In this document: piece after piece, positions 1 through 12,811 of the stretch
Position numbering within the stretch: the first letter of the stretch is position 1
How the letters are laid out: every line of letters begins with the position of its first letter
Assembly (NCBI RefSeq): GCF_006345805.1
Contig: NC_043000.1
Span: forward strand, 159,526,001 to 159,590,000
Length of the DNA stretch: 64,000 bases
Direction: 5' to 3'
Source: Octopus sinensis
Lineage: Eukaryota
Notes under the pieces: model-generated
The model's database searches: none
What the model saw: only the letters and a program-made list of their open reading frames with translations
Told to the model about the DNA's origin: nothing
Made by a program: the position numbers and the translations under genes

Positions 1-1281
1 TCTCGTAGCTTCGAGATTTTGAAGACGTGATTACCTATTTTTAGACTGACAGTGTAGGGTAGGAATGAGGGGACAAATTTGGCTGGTTTTAACATAAAAT
101 GGGTAGAATAGTTGGGCCTAATACAGCTGGTTTAAATGCTAAAGAGGTATGACAATTAATTAATTAATTAATAATCAGCAAATCCATAATTATATGCATC
201 TTTCGTATGTTTCCAAGTGGTTATCAATGGCATATACTCAGTGAAGATTAAATTACTAAACGTCATCGCTTACAATCACCTTAAACCACGTGATCGTTAA
301 CAACTTTTACACGTCCTCGCGGAGTTTCACACTTATAGCTTTAAACATAAGCATTTTCACTCATACAACTTTGTTTACAAGCACACTCGCTGACTCGCTC
401 TGAAACACTGTAATGCGTCCACAAATTCATTCTCACATACATGATCCTTTCTCATATTCACAAACAAGGCAAGTCAATCTGTTTCTTAATAGGTATTTTT
501 ATGTAAATGATTCAACGATCTTGGGCTAATGCAGAAATCTTTCGCTCCTACTTATTCTCCCAAAACAGTTCTCACAACTCTTTTAAAAAGACGATATAAA
601 CTACCACTTTCTCACTCTGATATATCAATTCGAGCCTATAACAGCAACAAAACATCCAAGTTTTTTTTTTTTTTTGTTATTCCTCTTCTCTTTTGAAAAG
701 GAAAAATTGTAAAATAGAAATAACGGCAAGCATTTGGTTCTTATACACACTTAGAATTCTGCTATCAGATGTTTCACTGAATTTGTTGCCATGATACCGA
801 TGAATTGTTGTGAAAAACAGAAACGTGCTTCAACAGTGATTACGAGTGCATACGTTTAAAGTTTAGCGAAAGGTATACTCGAGAATGAGTCGAACAACGT
901 CTAGTTTAGTCACGGTCCAGGTTCAAATTTTACCGAGTGTAACTTCTTTGTTTTTCATGTTAGGTTCAATAAAAGTAATATGCAAGCCAAGTACTGAGAT
1001 CAAGTTAAAATACTCCCCTTGCTTCTCACACTGACGATCAATAACCATTATTGCACACATACTCCTTGACCATCAAGGTATTAAAACCGATGATCAAAAT
1101 AATTCCACTTAAGACCACGTTGTACCTTGGATTACATACTTCAACATATTTTTCCTTTGCAGACAGCAAAGTGTGATTCTGAGAGATTTGGCTGCTACAT
1201 CCAACCGATCGAACGCCAACCTTGTTGATTACATTCAAAGTTCTAAGGTGGCATCAACGATAAATGCACAGTCTGAATACC

Positions 1282-1511
1282 TATTTCTTTATTACCCACA
1301 AGAGGCTAAACACAGAGGGGACAAACAAGGACAGACATAGGTATTAAGTCGATTACATCGACCCAGGTGCGTAACTGGTACTTAATTTATCGACCCCGAA
1401 AGGATGAAAGGCAAAGTCGACCTCGGCGGAATTTGAACTCACAACGTAACGCAGACGAAATACCGCTAAGCATTTCGCCCGGCGTGCTAACGTTTCTGCC
1501 AGCTCGCCGCC
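1282..1511 (-). mobile_element. tRNA-derived SINE, family A, full length
   Basis: Minus-strand head GGCGGCGAGCTGGCAGAAACGTTAG..GAGTTCAAATTCC (A/B-box-like), body GCCTTTCATCCTTTCGGGGTCGATAAATTAAGTACCAG (resembles the MetaSINE domain as I recall it), 3' end AAAGAAATA. 16-bp TSD GCACAGTCTGAATACC at 1266-1281 and 1520-1535. Confidence 0.92.
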
Positions 1512-3821
1512 TTCAGCTCGCACAGTCTGAATACCATTTAGTATTTACTTTCGATAATTTATGTTCTAATTTTGAATTCAACCGAGAGATATAAAATCAG
1601 TACCCATCATGTATTAAGTATTGATTTAGCAGAGTAATATACAGCTCTTTTATGAACGTATAGCCTTGTGCATATATGAGAACTCATGATTTCATACTTT
1701 TATTTAGTTTTAGCCACATAGATGCATTAGTTCAATTGCTACACACGTCTTTGGTACGACGCACATCACTGATTGATATAAACAAGATTAGAAACAGATT
1801 CTTGTTTTATATAGGAGTATTAAATGAAAAACAAATAATCATCTATAACGAACGAAACTTAAGAGTTCGTAAACAATTACAAGATTATTAACAACATCTC
1901 ACCTCTGCATAGTCTTCCAAAATTCCCGTCTTTCAGTGAAAGGAAAATAGAAGTAAGATGAAAATTAGAGTTAATGGTTAGATTTTTGTCTGTGTGATGC
2001 AAGAATAATGTTTTACAGGCATAACCAAACAGGTTTCTACACAGACACAAGATCTTCGCATATTTCATGATGTAGACTGAATATTTATTCTTAAATATTT
2101 TCATTTCTATGACCTATATGATTCTGTATCATATCACCCATTGATAGTCAACAAAAACACATACAAGACCTTTTTTTTCTTCCTTCCAGGCTATTATATT
2201 AAACTTTATTATGCTACATACTTTCTCTCCCATTATGAAACACATACATAAAAAAATGGCAAGTCTCAGAATTTGAAATTTTCATCTTTAATAAATTCTT
2301 TATTTTATTCTATTTTCCCCATCTTGTTTGATCGCTTAAACGTATCTCAAAATGTTGAAATTTAGTCTGAAGGAAAATAATGAATAAAACGAATAAATAA
2401 TATTGCCAATAGACAGCATCAAAAAGCTGTTTCTTTTTTTTCTCTTTTTTTTTTGAGTCATCATCGCAGCAAAAGAAGAAACTTACGACCTTCTGGAAAT
2501 AAATCATGTCATACCATCTTCAAAGAAAACATAGGGAAGGACACAGATAATTCAGTTACAGGTACGTTAAGTAATAAATCTTCTGGCGACCACACTATTA
2601 TTTTATACGAAAAGTAAGAAAGCGCTTCAGTATATTGCTTGCTCGAAAGTCAGAGTACTTATTTATTTGGATATCAATAATCTGCACCATTGATATCGCT
2701 TCACAAACTCGTCTTATCCTGTTCAAAAGATGGACGGGAATAAAAACAAACCCTTTTTCTTGAAATTTTCATGCTGGTAACGGGATTTCAACACCCGTCC
2801 TCATGTCTCCAAGTTATTTTGTAATGGTTCATATAACTTCAAATTTACTTCATTCTCAATTCATTGATTTGTCAGATGTCATTCCACAAATTATACTATA
2901 TAAGCTTGAAACTACCATCAAGAGATAAATAGATGTTTTTGTTGTGATAAAATAGATATAAGTTATACGTCAAGCTGTTGTTCAGTACAGATTATAATGT
3001 ATTTGTATCAATACATAATTGAGATTGTCGTATTTAGCCCGTACACAAATGATCCAGCACCCTATGAACAAATCGATTTCCATCCATGAGCAAAGTTTTT
3101 GTTTCCATGTTTTCCTGATATTGGATAATGTATCCCTAGATGTGCTATAGTATGGCTGCTGTTTGCAACAGCATTGCAATATGACATATATATTCCATCG
3201 TTGGTTCGATAAGCAAAAGTCACCCACACAAACAAAACAACAGTGGTGTACTTCTGTCAAATGCATTCCGCCTAAAATATATAATTTACTTATCAGAATG
3301 CTGTTCGAGCATATAATAACAATTCCTCAAACGGTCTCTTTACATTCTATACACTACAATAACTACCATATCGATCACTATATTAGGTGATCGCTTCTAC
3401 TAACCAAGACTTCAACAGCCCAAGTTTCACTTGGATTCCAGTCATTTGTCGTGCAACCTTTCCCATGTACAAGTAAAAATAACGGATAGCAACAGATTTA
3501 CCAATTTCTAATTCTTATACTATAATACCCCACTCAATACTGGGAGCCGACGAGAGCGATTCTATGCATCTCTTGACCTATTACGAGATAATTCCCTTCA
3601 TATCACCTACCATTATCAAAAATTCAAAGGCGCCTTGTATTTTAGTTCTACATACAAGGTCCAGTTATAATAACGATGGTCAAAAGAAGGAACGTTTTGA
3701 ACAGGTTTGTTTGCTTGGTGTGTTTTAATCTTAGGAATGTACTAAAGTCTACATAAAACTTCATTACATCCGGAGCCCATGCCATGTTTAACGCAATTCC
3801 TCTCTGTATAATAAATACTGT

Positions 3822-4124
3822 GGAGGCGCAATGGCCCAGTGGTTAGGGCAGCGGACTCGCGGTCGGAGGATTGCGATTTCGATTCCCATTTCCGGGTGTT
3901 GTGTGTGTTTATTGAGCGAATACACCTAAAAGCTCCACGAGGCTCCGGCAGAGGGTGGTGATCCCTGCTGTACTCATTCACCACTCTTTCTCACTCTTTC
4001 TTCTGTTGGCCTGCTCGCATAGCCAGCGGGGTGGCGTCGTTCGAAGGCTAAAACAATGCGAACGCATTGTGACCAGCGATGTGTAGCAACATTTGATGGT
4101 CTGGTCGGTCACGTGATCACGTGA
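3822..4124 (+). mobile_element. tRNA-derived SINE, family C, tail type 1
   Basis: Head GGAGGCGCAATGGCCCAGTGGTTAGGGCAGCGG..TTCGATTCC; body shared with 33252-33555; ends in (CACGTGAT)x2. Confidence 0.85.
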
Positions 4125-5103
4125 TAATAACTACTAAACAACGATATAGATTTATCATAGATAAATGATAATGAAATCAATTTAGAATTGCTAGAAAAAA
4201 TAAAATACAGCATGCAATTTGGACAAGCGATTAAATGAGATTGTGATTCTTATGACTGATATCACAGTCCTTATGAGAATTATAAGTATGTGGGTGTGAG
4301 TTTGTGTGTATGTGTTTGTGTATGTCTGTGTGCGTGCATGCACACACTAAGATAAAAACGCAGTAGGAAGGAATGGACGGGAAAATATAATGAAATAGCG
4401 ACAAGTAAATCCAACCAACATTTGCTGATTAACACCTAGTATTCTGGCGATCATTGCCAGATTTCAATAGCTTTTAACCGTATGGGTGTACATTTAACTA
4501 CATAATATCTGTTTATGTATTATCTCTTTCTCCATATCTATCTATCTAGACGGACAGATTGGCAGAAAAATATATACATAGATAGACAGATATGCCGTGT
4601 ATTTTACAGACACAATTACTTTTAATGAAATCCTAGGTCAGATTTAGTAAGGTACGTTGTGTAACAACACAGAACTTTTGAAGTTGAGGCATAATATATC
4701 TGAGAGGCTTCTTCAAAGTTTCTATCTCTCTGATTTCACTCCCACAGTTTGCATTCGCACGAAGCTAGAGTGAAAGACACTACAGCAAGATGCTTCAAGG
4801 TTGAATCGATCCCAGAACATCATGATTGCAAAATGATTTTCTTCACCGTTCAGTGTGTGCGCACCCTTACACAGTTCCGACACTATGAACATTCTTTGAC
4901 AACCAAATTTTTCCTTTTCCCTTTTTTTTCTAATTAGAGTTGTTTACTTTTCTCTACAAGTAATTATAGATTAAGATTAATCGTAACTTCAATTCGATAA
5001 AACACAAGTATGGAAACCACGAAAAAAGATAACGGGGATTTTACATGCAGCAAGTCGTGGCTAGTTTCATTACGCGAATTCTTTCCTAAATAATTTTATA
5101 TAT

Positions 5104-5166
<63 letters not shown>

Positions 5167-5584
5167 CAGACAGACAGAGATATCTTTGCAATTTAATGCT
5201 TAAAAAATAAGAGAACTTCCGAGTAACGAAGAGATCGGGGGGGGGATATAGAAGGTTTCTAAAGCCGCGAAGATGGCAGTTCAGAAAGAATTAACTTATT
5301 AGACATCTACTAGAGAAGATGAAGACGCTGGTAAAAACAAAGCATCTAAAATACAGAGAGAGGAGTTTGAAGGATTGCTTTAGTTTAATGGTAGAACGTC
5401 TGCGGGTTCGAGTCCCACTGGCAGACGTCGACTTTTCTATCCAAGACTTTTTAAAAACTCAATATCATCCTGCCATTTATCCATTTATAGCATTATCGCC
5501 TTCGAGTTCAACAGTTACAAAACGAATTCACATACACATACATATATACGAATTTTTATAGGCTACAATATATATATACGCTTT

Positions 5585-5785
5585 GACTTGTTTCAGTCAT
5601 GTGACTGTGGCCATGCTGGAGCACCACCTTTAGTCGAGCAAATCGACCTCAGGATTTATTCTTTGTAAACCTAGTACTTATTGTACCGATCTCTTTTGCC
5701 GAACCGCTAAGTTACGGGGACGTAAACACACAAGCATCGGTTGTCAAGCGATGTTGGGAGGACAAATATAGACATACACACACAC

Positions 5786-5820
<35 letters not shown>

Positions 5821-5982
5821 GACGGGATTCTTTCAGTTTCCGTCTATCAAATCCACTCACAAGGATTTGGTCGGCCCGAGGCTATAGTAGAAGACACTTG
5901 CCCAAGGAATCGTGCAGAGGGTCTGACCCGGAACCATGTGGTTTGTAAGCAAGCTACTTACCACACAGTCACTCCTACGCCT
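5585..5982 (-). mobile_element. tRNA-derived SINE, family B (CORE-like, internal TA/TG microsatellite)
   Basis: Reverse complement of the element at 30341-30780 and 61898-62335; internal (TA)n at about 5787-5819. Confidence 0.88.
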
Positions 5983-6896
5983 ACGCGTGTATATATATAT
6001 ATATAATCTTCCAAGTCAAGTAAATGAAATGCCACTTTAATTTAGCGTGTAATATCTTCAAGAAAAATTATGCAAACTGAACAAAATTTTGTCAAAGTCA
6101 TCTATACATGATCCTTAAGCTATCAGGACTTTCAATCGGTTACACATGGAATTCATTAAATTATCAGCAACAAATTTTGATCCATGTTCACCCACACTTC
6201 GGTTAATGCTGTTTATGAAATTTTCGATAATCCTGCACGCAACTTTCTACCACGATGTTCCCAAATGTTTTCGATTGAATTAATATCGTAGTTTTGAGTC
6301 GTCCAGTTTTGAAATTATCATACGGTATCGCGAAAGCAAATTTTGCTAAAATTCCAGTTTGTGTGTGTGAGTGAGAGTGTGTATGAGTGTCTGTGTGAGA
6401 GCGTGTGTGTGTGAGTGAGAGTGTGCGTGTATATGAATGTTCATGCATATGTGTCTGTGTGTGGGTGTGAGTGCGTGCGAGTGAGTGTTTGAAAAATTGT
6501 GAGCGACATGACGTGGTTGTTTAAATAGAGGTGGAGCCGTTGTATGAAAGGTTCTTATAGTTAAATAGTCCGAAATAATGCTAAATAATTTTTAAATGTA
6601 TATATCCGATATATGTCAATGTACAAGTTTGTATGACCATTCTGTTTCCAAACTAAACAGAGTCCCAGGTCATAAAATCAAGGTAATGCAAGATGAGAAA
6701 AAATCGGAAAAGCAAATTATATACGCGCATATACAAACCGCGAAGTTACAAGGACGTAAACAAACCAACACAGTTTATCAAGTAGCGGAAGGAAGCACAT
6801 GTGATATATATATATATAATTCAAAAAATTTAGAGTCAACGAGAAGGTGTGCGGTTGGACATTCATTTTCAATCACTACAATTGTTTCTACGCAGT

Positions 6897-6898
<2 letters not shown>

Positions 6899-6985
<87 letters not shown>
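6899..6985. repeat. compound (TA)n(GA)n microsatellite
   Basis: Directly visible; source of the YIYI/ERER ORF artefacts. Confidence 0.97.
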
Positions 6986-6993
6986 CGTATATA

Positions 6994-7160
6994 CCGTATT
7001 TTAACGTGTATAATGAACCCTTTTTTGTCAAAATTGGGTTTAAAAAATATGGGAGTTTCTTATACGTGGATAGTATTATAATCCCTTACCTTACAAGACC
7101 TTTTTTCCAAATTTTGAGTCCCCCAAAATTAGGAGTTTCCTTATACACGTTAAAATACGG
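6994..7160. mobile_element. 167-bp MITE, Tc1/mariner-pogo-like
   Basis: Perfect 20-bp TIR CCGTATTTTAACGTGTATAA (6994-7013) / TTATACACGTTAAAATACGG (7141-7160), flanked by TA on both sides. Confidence 0.88.
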
Positions 7161-7369
7161 TATATATCATTACATACGAAAATAACCGTAATTTCATTCT
7201 TAGAAGTCCCACTATTAATGCACGGAGCACGCATTTTCAGTGGAATGCATGAAAAGACTATTTTCAACAACAAAGTTCTGCATACACGAGTAATCATTCA
7301 CTTTTGTATAGAAAGACGTGTTTTCTATGCCTACACACATGCATACAGGCATATATATATATATATAAT

Positions 7370-7545
7370 TGGAATTTACAAAAGAAAGAAAAAAAGAAGA
7401 CGGATATGTAAACAACAAACAGATGTACTAATTTAACGCGCGGGAAGTAAGAAAGTCTTTTACGTTTCGAGCCTACCCTCTTCAACACAAAGGAACACAG
7501 GAATAAGCGGAGAGAGAAAATAAAAAGGCTTAGAGGCTAGCGATA
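7370..7545 (-). mobile_element. short interspersed element with a degenerate hammerhead-like core (putative Penelope pLTR derivative)
   Basis: Reverse-complement homolog of 12620-12790; minus strand reads GTGTTGAA GAGG GTAG GCTC GAAACGTA. Confidence 0.55.
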
Positions 7546-7653
7546 TAATATATATATATATACTAATATAGGATGAAGTTTTTTCTCTACAGAACAAAAT
7601 TCCATCAAGAAATGTGGCAGCATATTAAAATACCTTTACGGTTAAAATTATAA

Positions 7654-8194
7654 ACAACTTATAAGTAAGGGCTAAAGAAAATTATTTCAAAGCCAATATG
7701 CTGATAACAAACTATTAAATCGTCAATTTCCACATATAATCCACTCGCTACAAAAATCGAAGAACTGAAGTCGGGCAAGCTGGCCGTTAGAATCTTTAAA
7801 ATTCGTTATCTCTATATTGAATCAATTTCGGAATTAATCTCATAAAAGACTTATTCCTCTTCAGTAGAGCTTACGAGAGAATATAAATAAGATACTTACA
7901 TGCGCCCATGGAAAAAGCCAAAGCAAAAAACATGAGTACATTTAAGTACCCCAGTATATATGTACGTATCTTATTTATATTCTCTCGTAAGCTCTACTGA
8001 AGAGGAATAAGTCTTTTATGAGATTAATTCCGAAATTGATTCAATATAGAGATAACGAATTTTAAAGATTCTAACGGCCAGCTTGCCCGACTTCAGTTCT
8101 TCGATTTTTGTAGCGAGTGGATTATATGTGGAAATTGATGTTATCAGCATATTGGCTGAGAAATAATTTTCTTTAGCTCTTACTTATAAGTTGT
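7654..8194. mobile_element. foldback element / long inverted repeat
   Basis: Arms 7654-7901 and 7960-8194 are near-perfect reverse complements (one indel of about 13 nt plus a few substitutions); 58-bp spacer. Confidence 0.9.
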
Positions 8195-8222
8195 ATATAT
8201 ATATATATATATACGAAAATGG

Positions 8223-8263
<41 letters not shown>

Positions 8264-8789
8264 TTAGTTTAGTCTCGTACTTTATTTTTGGCATTTTTTG
8301 CTTTTTTCCAGACATATGTATATTTACATATGCATTTGTGTATATACTTATTTCTTTAAAAACATTCGTACACGTATAAACACAAACTACAGTGTAGCCA
8401 AAAAGTAAGTTCAGAGTTATCACGCAGGCACTTTAAATTTCTTTTAAAACATTTTTAAAATTTAAATTTCTATCTTACAAACTGAAAAGGGAACTTGACA
8501 AAATTAACTAAATTAGCATAGAATAATGGTTCCACATTTTTTTACAATTAAGATCTAAACTCTTTCTATATGAATGAGAAAGAGATAGTTGATTAACTGT
8601 AAACCTACTTTTGAGTATGTTATATGTTCTGTATGCTACCAACAGTAATATACTATGATCCAAATGTATATATACCTACATATTTATGCTTGCTCGATTG
8701 CAAACCTCTATCAGTCCAGTAATCTGTGATAAGCGTATCGTCAGAGTATCAAATTGCAAGCTAAGATGCAACTAGCTAACAACGCTATC

Positions 8790-9480
8790 AAATGCAGGCA
8801 GGCACCTTAAAACTGAACATATGCAGTTGCATAGGCAGGCATGATACATTGTTGTACGTAACTTCACATGCATACACCCACATATGCGCATAAAAATATA
8901 ACTCATAGATTGGATACATGTATATGTAATACTGAAACCCGGTGGTACATTCGTTCAAAGTTAATTTAATACAAACACACGCGAAACCACAAAGACTTAT
9001 AGAAATGCTGTTAAATGCGCGTAGAGTCCTGCTGAATAGCAACTGAACACATGCGCGCACTTGAAAATATGCACACAAAACTGCAACTCAACACACGAAC
9101 ACATAACGGCAGATCAACGCACAACTGCAGTTATGTGCAGCTGCAGTTATAAGCTGCTGCTGAACATCCACACACGTAACTACATCACAAACACGCACAT
9201 ACACACACAGAGGCGTCCGCGCATGCACAAGTGCTGCTGAACACACAACGATAATTGAGGATGCACAACTGCAACTAAACATGGACACAATTGCAAATGA
9301 ATACGCAACTGCAATGCAATAATTGCAACTGAACAAACACACGCACATGCAAAGAGCTACAATGGAACTCTCTGCCACACACACGCACACACATACATAC
9401 ACACAAATAAAGCTGAACGCACACGACACTTCATTTGAACAGCTATACACATAACTTCAGCTGACCGACCATACACATGC
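8790..9480. repeat. degenerate CA-rich low-complexity tract with recurrent GCAACTG/GCAGCTG
   Basis: Similar tracts at 22770-23290 (opposite strand), 31200-31990 and 34740-35000. Confidence 0.6.
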
Positions 9481-9687
9481 AGATGGAGAGACACAAACAA
9501 ATTCGATTGCACACTGACATTTTACAATGAATCCTCTAAGGATTATTTCCTTGGTGCAATAGAATGCAGCTTCGTTGCCACTCACGGGCACATACAATAC
9601 ATTTCAGTTTGTGACACATACACACATACACACATACATGTATGCAGGCGCTCTTTACACACAGTACATAAACAGCCAGTGGGGTAC

Positions 9688-9724
<37 letters not shown>

Positions 9725-10704
9725 AAACATATCTCTGTGTGTGTATTTATAAGGTATTTGAATATTCTCATACTTTGTACGAAAAATGCTGAGCTACACA
9801 CATTTACGTGTGCGCGATGATGTGTTTGTTTGTTTGTTTGTTTGTGTTTATCTGCTGCTACTCGTACCTGAGAACTGACGGATGCACCCCACCCTTTCAC
9901 ACCATGCAAAATGAAAACGCGTGCGCAAAAACACACATAAACTTGATAAAAAAGTAAAGATATGCAGATTCCCAGATATGCAAATTCCGTTCATAGTGCA
10001 ACTTTCTCGAATAAACACGGTTTAATAGTCAAGCACATGAGTTGTTTCGCTACTTCAGATGAGTTCTAATCCAGTAGCCCTATCGCAACCATCCTGATTT
10101 ATTTTTATGTGTATTTAAAACAACATTATCCAATGTATCCATGATGGTACGACGTGAATTGAGTAAGGTTTAGCTGCTATTTCTAGCTCAGTAATCCCCT
10201 ATGGAGAGGCTCACTCGCTGACTCGACGCAGTTTAATTTCTCCACACAAGAATAGATTGACATTTCAGTTCAAAAGATATCTAGACCGACAATTAACGCC
10301 ACAACCATACACATACATATACTAGAAAGTGAATTCTTGCAGAGAAAATGCAGAATCTAGTGCAAATTAACTCCATGCAATATGATATATAGTTGTGCAG
10401 AAGTGTAGCAGAGAGAGAAAAAAGACAGCTCAAACATACTGCATAAGTGTGATGACATTTCTGCTTCAATGAGTCTTAAATGAAATATTAGTGGGGCATT
10501 ATCTAAGCAATTGTGTGTATACATGTTAAGTTATTCTTATTAATGTTGTTTTTTTTTGTGTGTGTTTTAGTTTAATATCAGGACTAATGTTCTTGGTCTT
10601 CCCTCCAGCAGGCCACTCACGTGAGCACTGCACTTTTTCAATCGAAAACTTCAAGCAAATACCAGGATGAATCGACGACGTCATTTAGTCAGAGGTATAT
10701 AAAG

Positions 10705-10761
<57 letters not shown>

Positions 10762-10762
10762 T

Positions 10763-11330
10763 CTAGCAGTATAGCGCGGCTTTGCCCGGGATTAAGTTAG
10801 GATTATCAAGCTAATCAAGTTCTTTATTTCAAACCAAACTAAGTAACATCGACGTCAAATTTGGGCGAAATCCGTTAAAATTGGTAAACTTGTGGCTGAA
10901 AATGAGTTGCAGTCAACATAATTGGGTAATCCCACAAGGAATCGGTTTATCGATTTTTTTTATCCTGATTAAATGGAAAACCCCATAAGGAATCAGTTTA
11001 TTTATTTTTCAACCCAAATAGGACTTAACCGAACACAATATAGCTGATTCAAAAACATCTATATTTATACTTTAAAGTTGGTATTCACACCCAACCCAGT
11101 TCTGCAGAATCAATGCCGCGACGGGAGCGCATGGGTTGGGAGTTTGATCGGCAGAGGTGAACAGGTTGCACATGCCAGCCCTTTGAAAACACCACCACTA
11201 TCATCTACCCCCCCCCATTTGCCCATGGATTGGGAACCCTTCGAGCAAGGAAAATAGAATGCCCCAAAAGACTCCCGATTCTGTGTCAGAAGCGGTTATG
11301 TTCAGATCAGAACTAAGTCTTAAGTATATA
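10763..11330 (-). mobile_element. non-autonomous Helitron candidate
   Basis: Minus-strand 3' end CCCGGGCAAAGCCGCGCTATACTG-CTAG resembles the end of the 29084 element; the 5' end is lost in a (TA)n run. Confidence 0.55.
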
Positions 11331-11812
11331 TATATATATATATATATATATACGGGCTACACACACTCACATACACACACGCACGTACGTATACCTATTG
11401 CATACATGTTTTTTGTACGCATACATGTTCGCGCGCGTATGTACGTGTGTAAATGTGTGTGTGTGTGTGTTGCCCATATATCAACAAAACACTTTTTCCT
11501 CGATGGAAAAACAACAACAAAAGTCTTAATAGAAACTTACTCGTCGCTAGAAAGGGAATTAACTCTTGTTTGTAAACAATGGTGATTTCTCCGACTTGAA
11601 AATTGTTAAAAGTTTTGATAAGTTTTGGTTGAAAATTAATTTTTACTTCTATTCGCTAGTGCCTCTGGTAAAAATGAGTTGACGAAACTACTGCTAGGGT
11701 CATGAGGAATGTCCTCCTAAAATAGGAGCGACATGTATGCAAATTTATGGACGTACATGAATTACATTCACGTAGACATACACACATATTCTGCCTTTTC
11801 TATAAACAGATA

Positions 11813-12029
11813 ACAAAAGGGGTTGAAAAGTTCCTGGTTTTATTGGTGTCGTGAAAGGCCTGGTTCGAGGCCCAAACTTCCGAGTTCTTTTACAGGGCTT
11901 AGAAAAACTGAAGGACCACTGCAATAAGTGTGTGAATCCGAGAGAGGAATATCTTGAATAAAATCATAATTAACTGATCCTCCTGTATTTTCTTTTATCC
12001 AAAGCGAGGAACTTTTCAGTATCTTCTCG
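11813..12029 (+). mobile_element. mariner internal-deletion derivative (MITE), copy 1
   Basis: TIR-like ends GGGGTTGAAAAGTTCCTGG / GCGAGGAACTTTTCAGTATCTTCTCG-TA; homologous to 24197-24414 and retains the transposase C-terminal codons. Confidence 0.78.
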
Positions 12030-12357
12030 TAAATACACATATATACATACGTACACACGCTTCAGATTTGCGTAAAACATAATAGAAAACGCATACATTA
12101 TGTAAATCTTCTTCATTTAAGGCAATGGATGCATTATCAGTTGTATGTTACGCAAACTTGAAACGTACGTATTAAATGATTTCAAATTTTCACTATCAGT
12201 GAAACTTCATTATCACAAATTATACGACTCAATGCCGGAACTAGCAGGTTTAGACTCCAATTAAGTCGACATTATGACAATGATTTGGAGCACTATATTA
12301 ACTCGAGTCGAAAAGTCTGATACTGTGCATGGCTTCTTAGCATAGCACCAAATCCAT

Positions 12358-12402
<45 letters not shown>

Positions 12403-12598
12403 TTATATATATATATATATTATATATATATATATTATATATATATATACACATATATATATATACACATATATATATACACATATATATATATACACTA
12501 TATATATATATACACATATATATATATACACTATATATATATACACATATATATATATACACATATATATATATACACATATATATATATATATATAT
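12358..12598. repeat. (TA)n tract with periodic CAC interruptions
   Basis: Directly visible. Confidence 0.95.
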
Positions 12599-12619
12599 GA
12601 GGCACCATGATAGATCGTT

Positions 12620-12790
12620 AGCCACTACACACATTTTTCTCTCCTTGTTTTCTGTGTTCCCTTCTGGAGAAGAGCGTAGGCTCGAAACATAAGACTTTTT
12701 CTATTCCTGAGCGTTATACTAATGCATCTGTTTGTTTTGTACACCACCTGTCTTCGTCTTTTGTTGTTTTTTTCGTAAACTCTCCCTATA
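12620..12790 (+). mobile_element. short interspersed element with a degenerate hammerhead-like core (putative Penelope pLTR derivative)
   Basis: CTGGAGAA GAGC-GTAG-GCTC GAAAC at 12664-12688; homolog at 7370-7545. Confidence 0.55.
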
Positions 12791-12811
12791 TATATATATA
12801 TATATATAAAA

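Noticed and set aside
2310-2390. Minus-strand strong acceptor then TKFQHFEIRLSDQTRWGK* and AATAAA (possible terminal exon)
   Set aside because: The peptide is unrecognisable, and such signals arise by chance in AT-rich DNA; there is no supporting evidence.
2982-3390. Fragments reminiscent of FnIII/Ig motifs (GYIIQY, AVRAYN) in different frames and strands
   Set aside because: They are not collinear in one frame or strand; this is likely pattern over-reading.
3822-3890. tRNA-like sequences at SINE heads (also 25081, 30341, 33555, 53233, 61898)
   Set aside because: They have A/B boxes but no complete cloverleaf, and they continue into SINE bodies, so they are not tRNA genes.
8473-8500. Minus-strand CAG|TTT|GTAAGA 3-nt microexon
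   Set aside because: Poor donor context (TTT at -3..-1) and a short pyrimidine tract.
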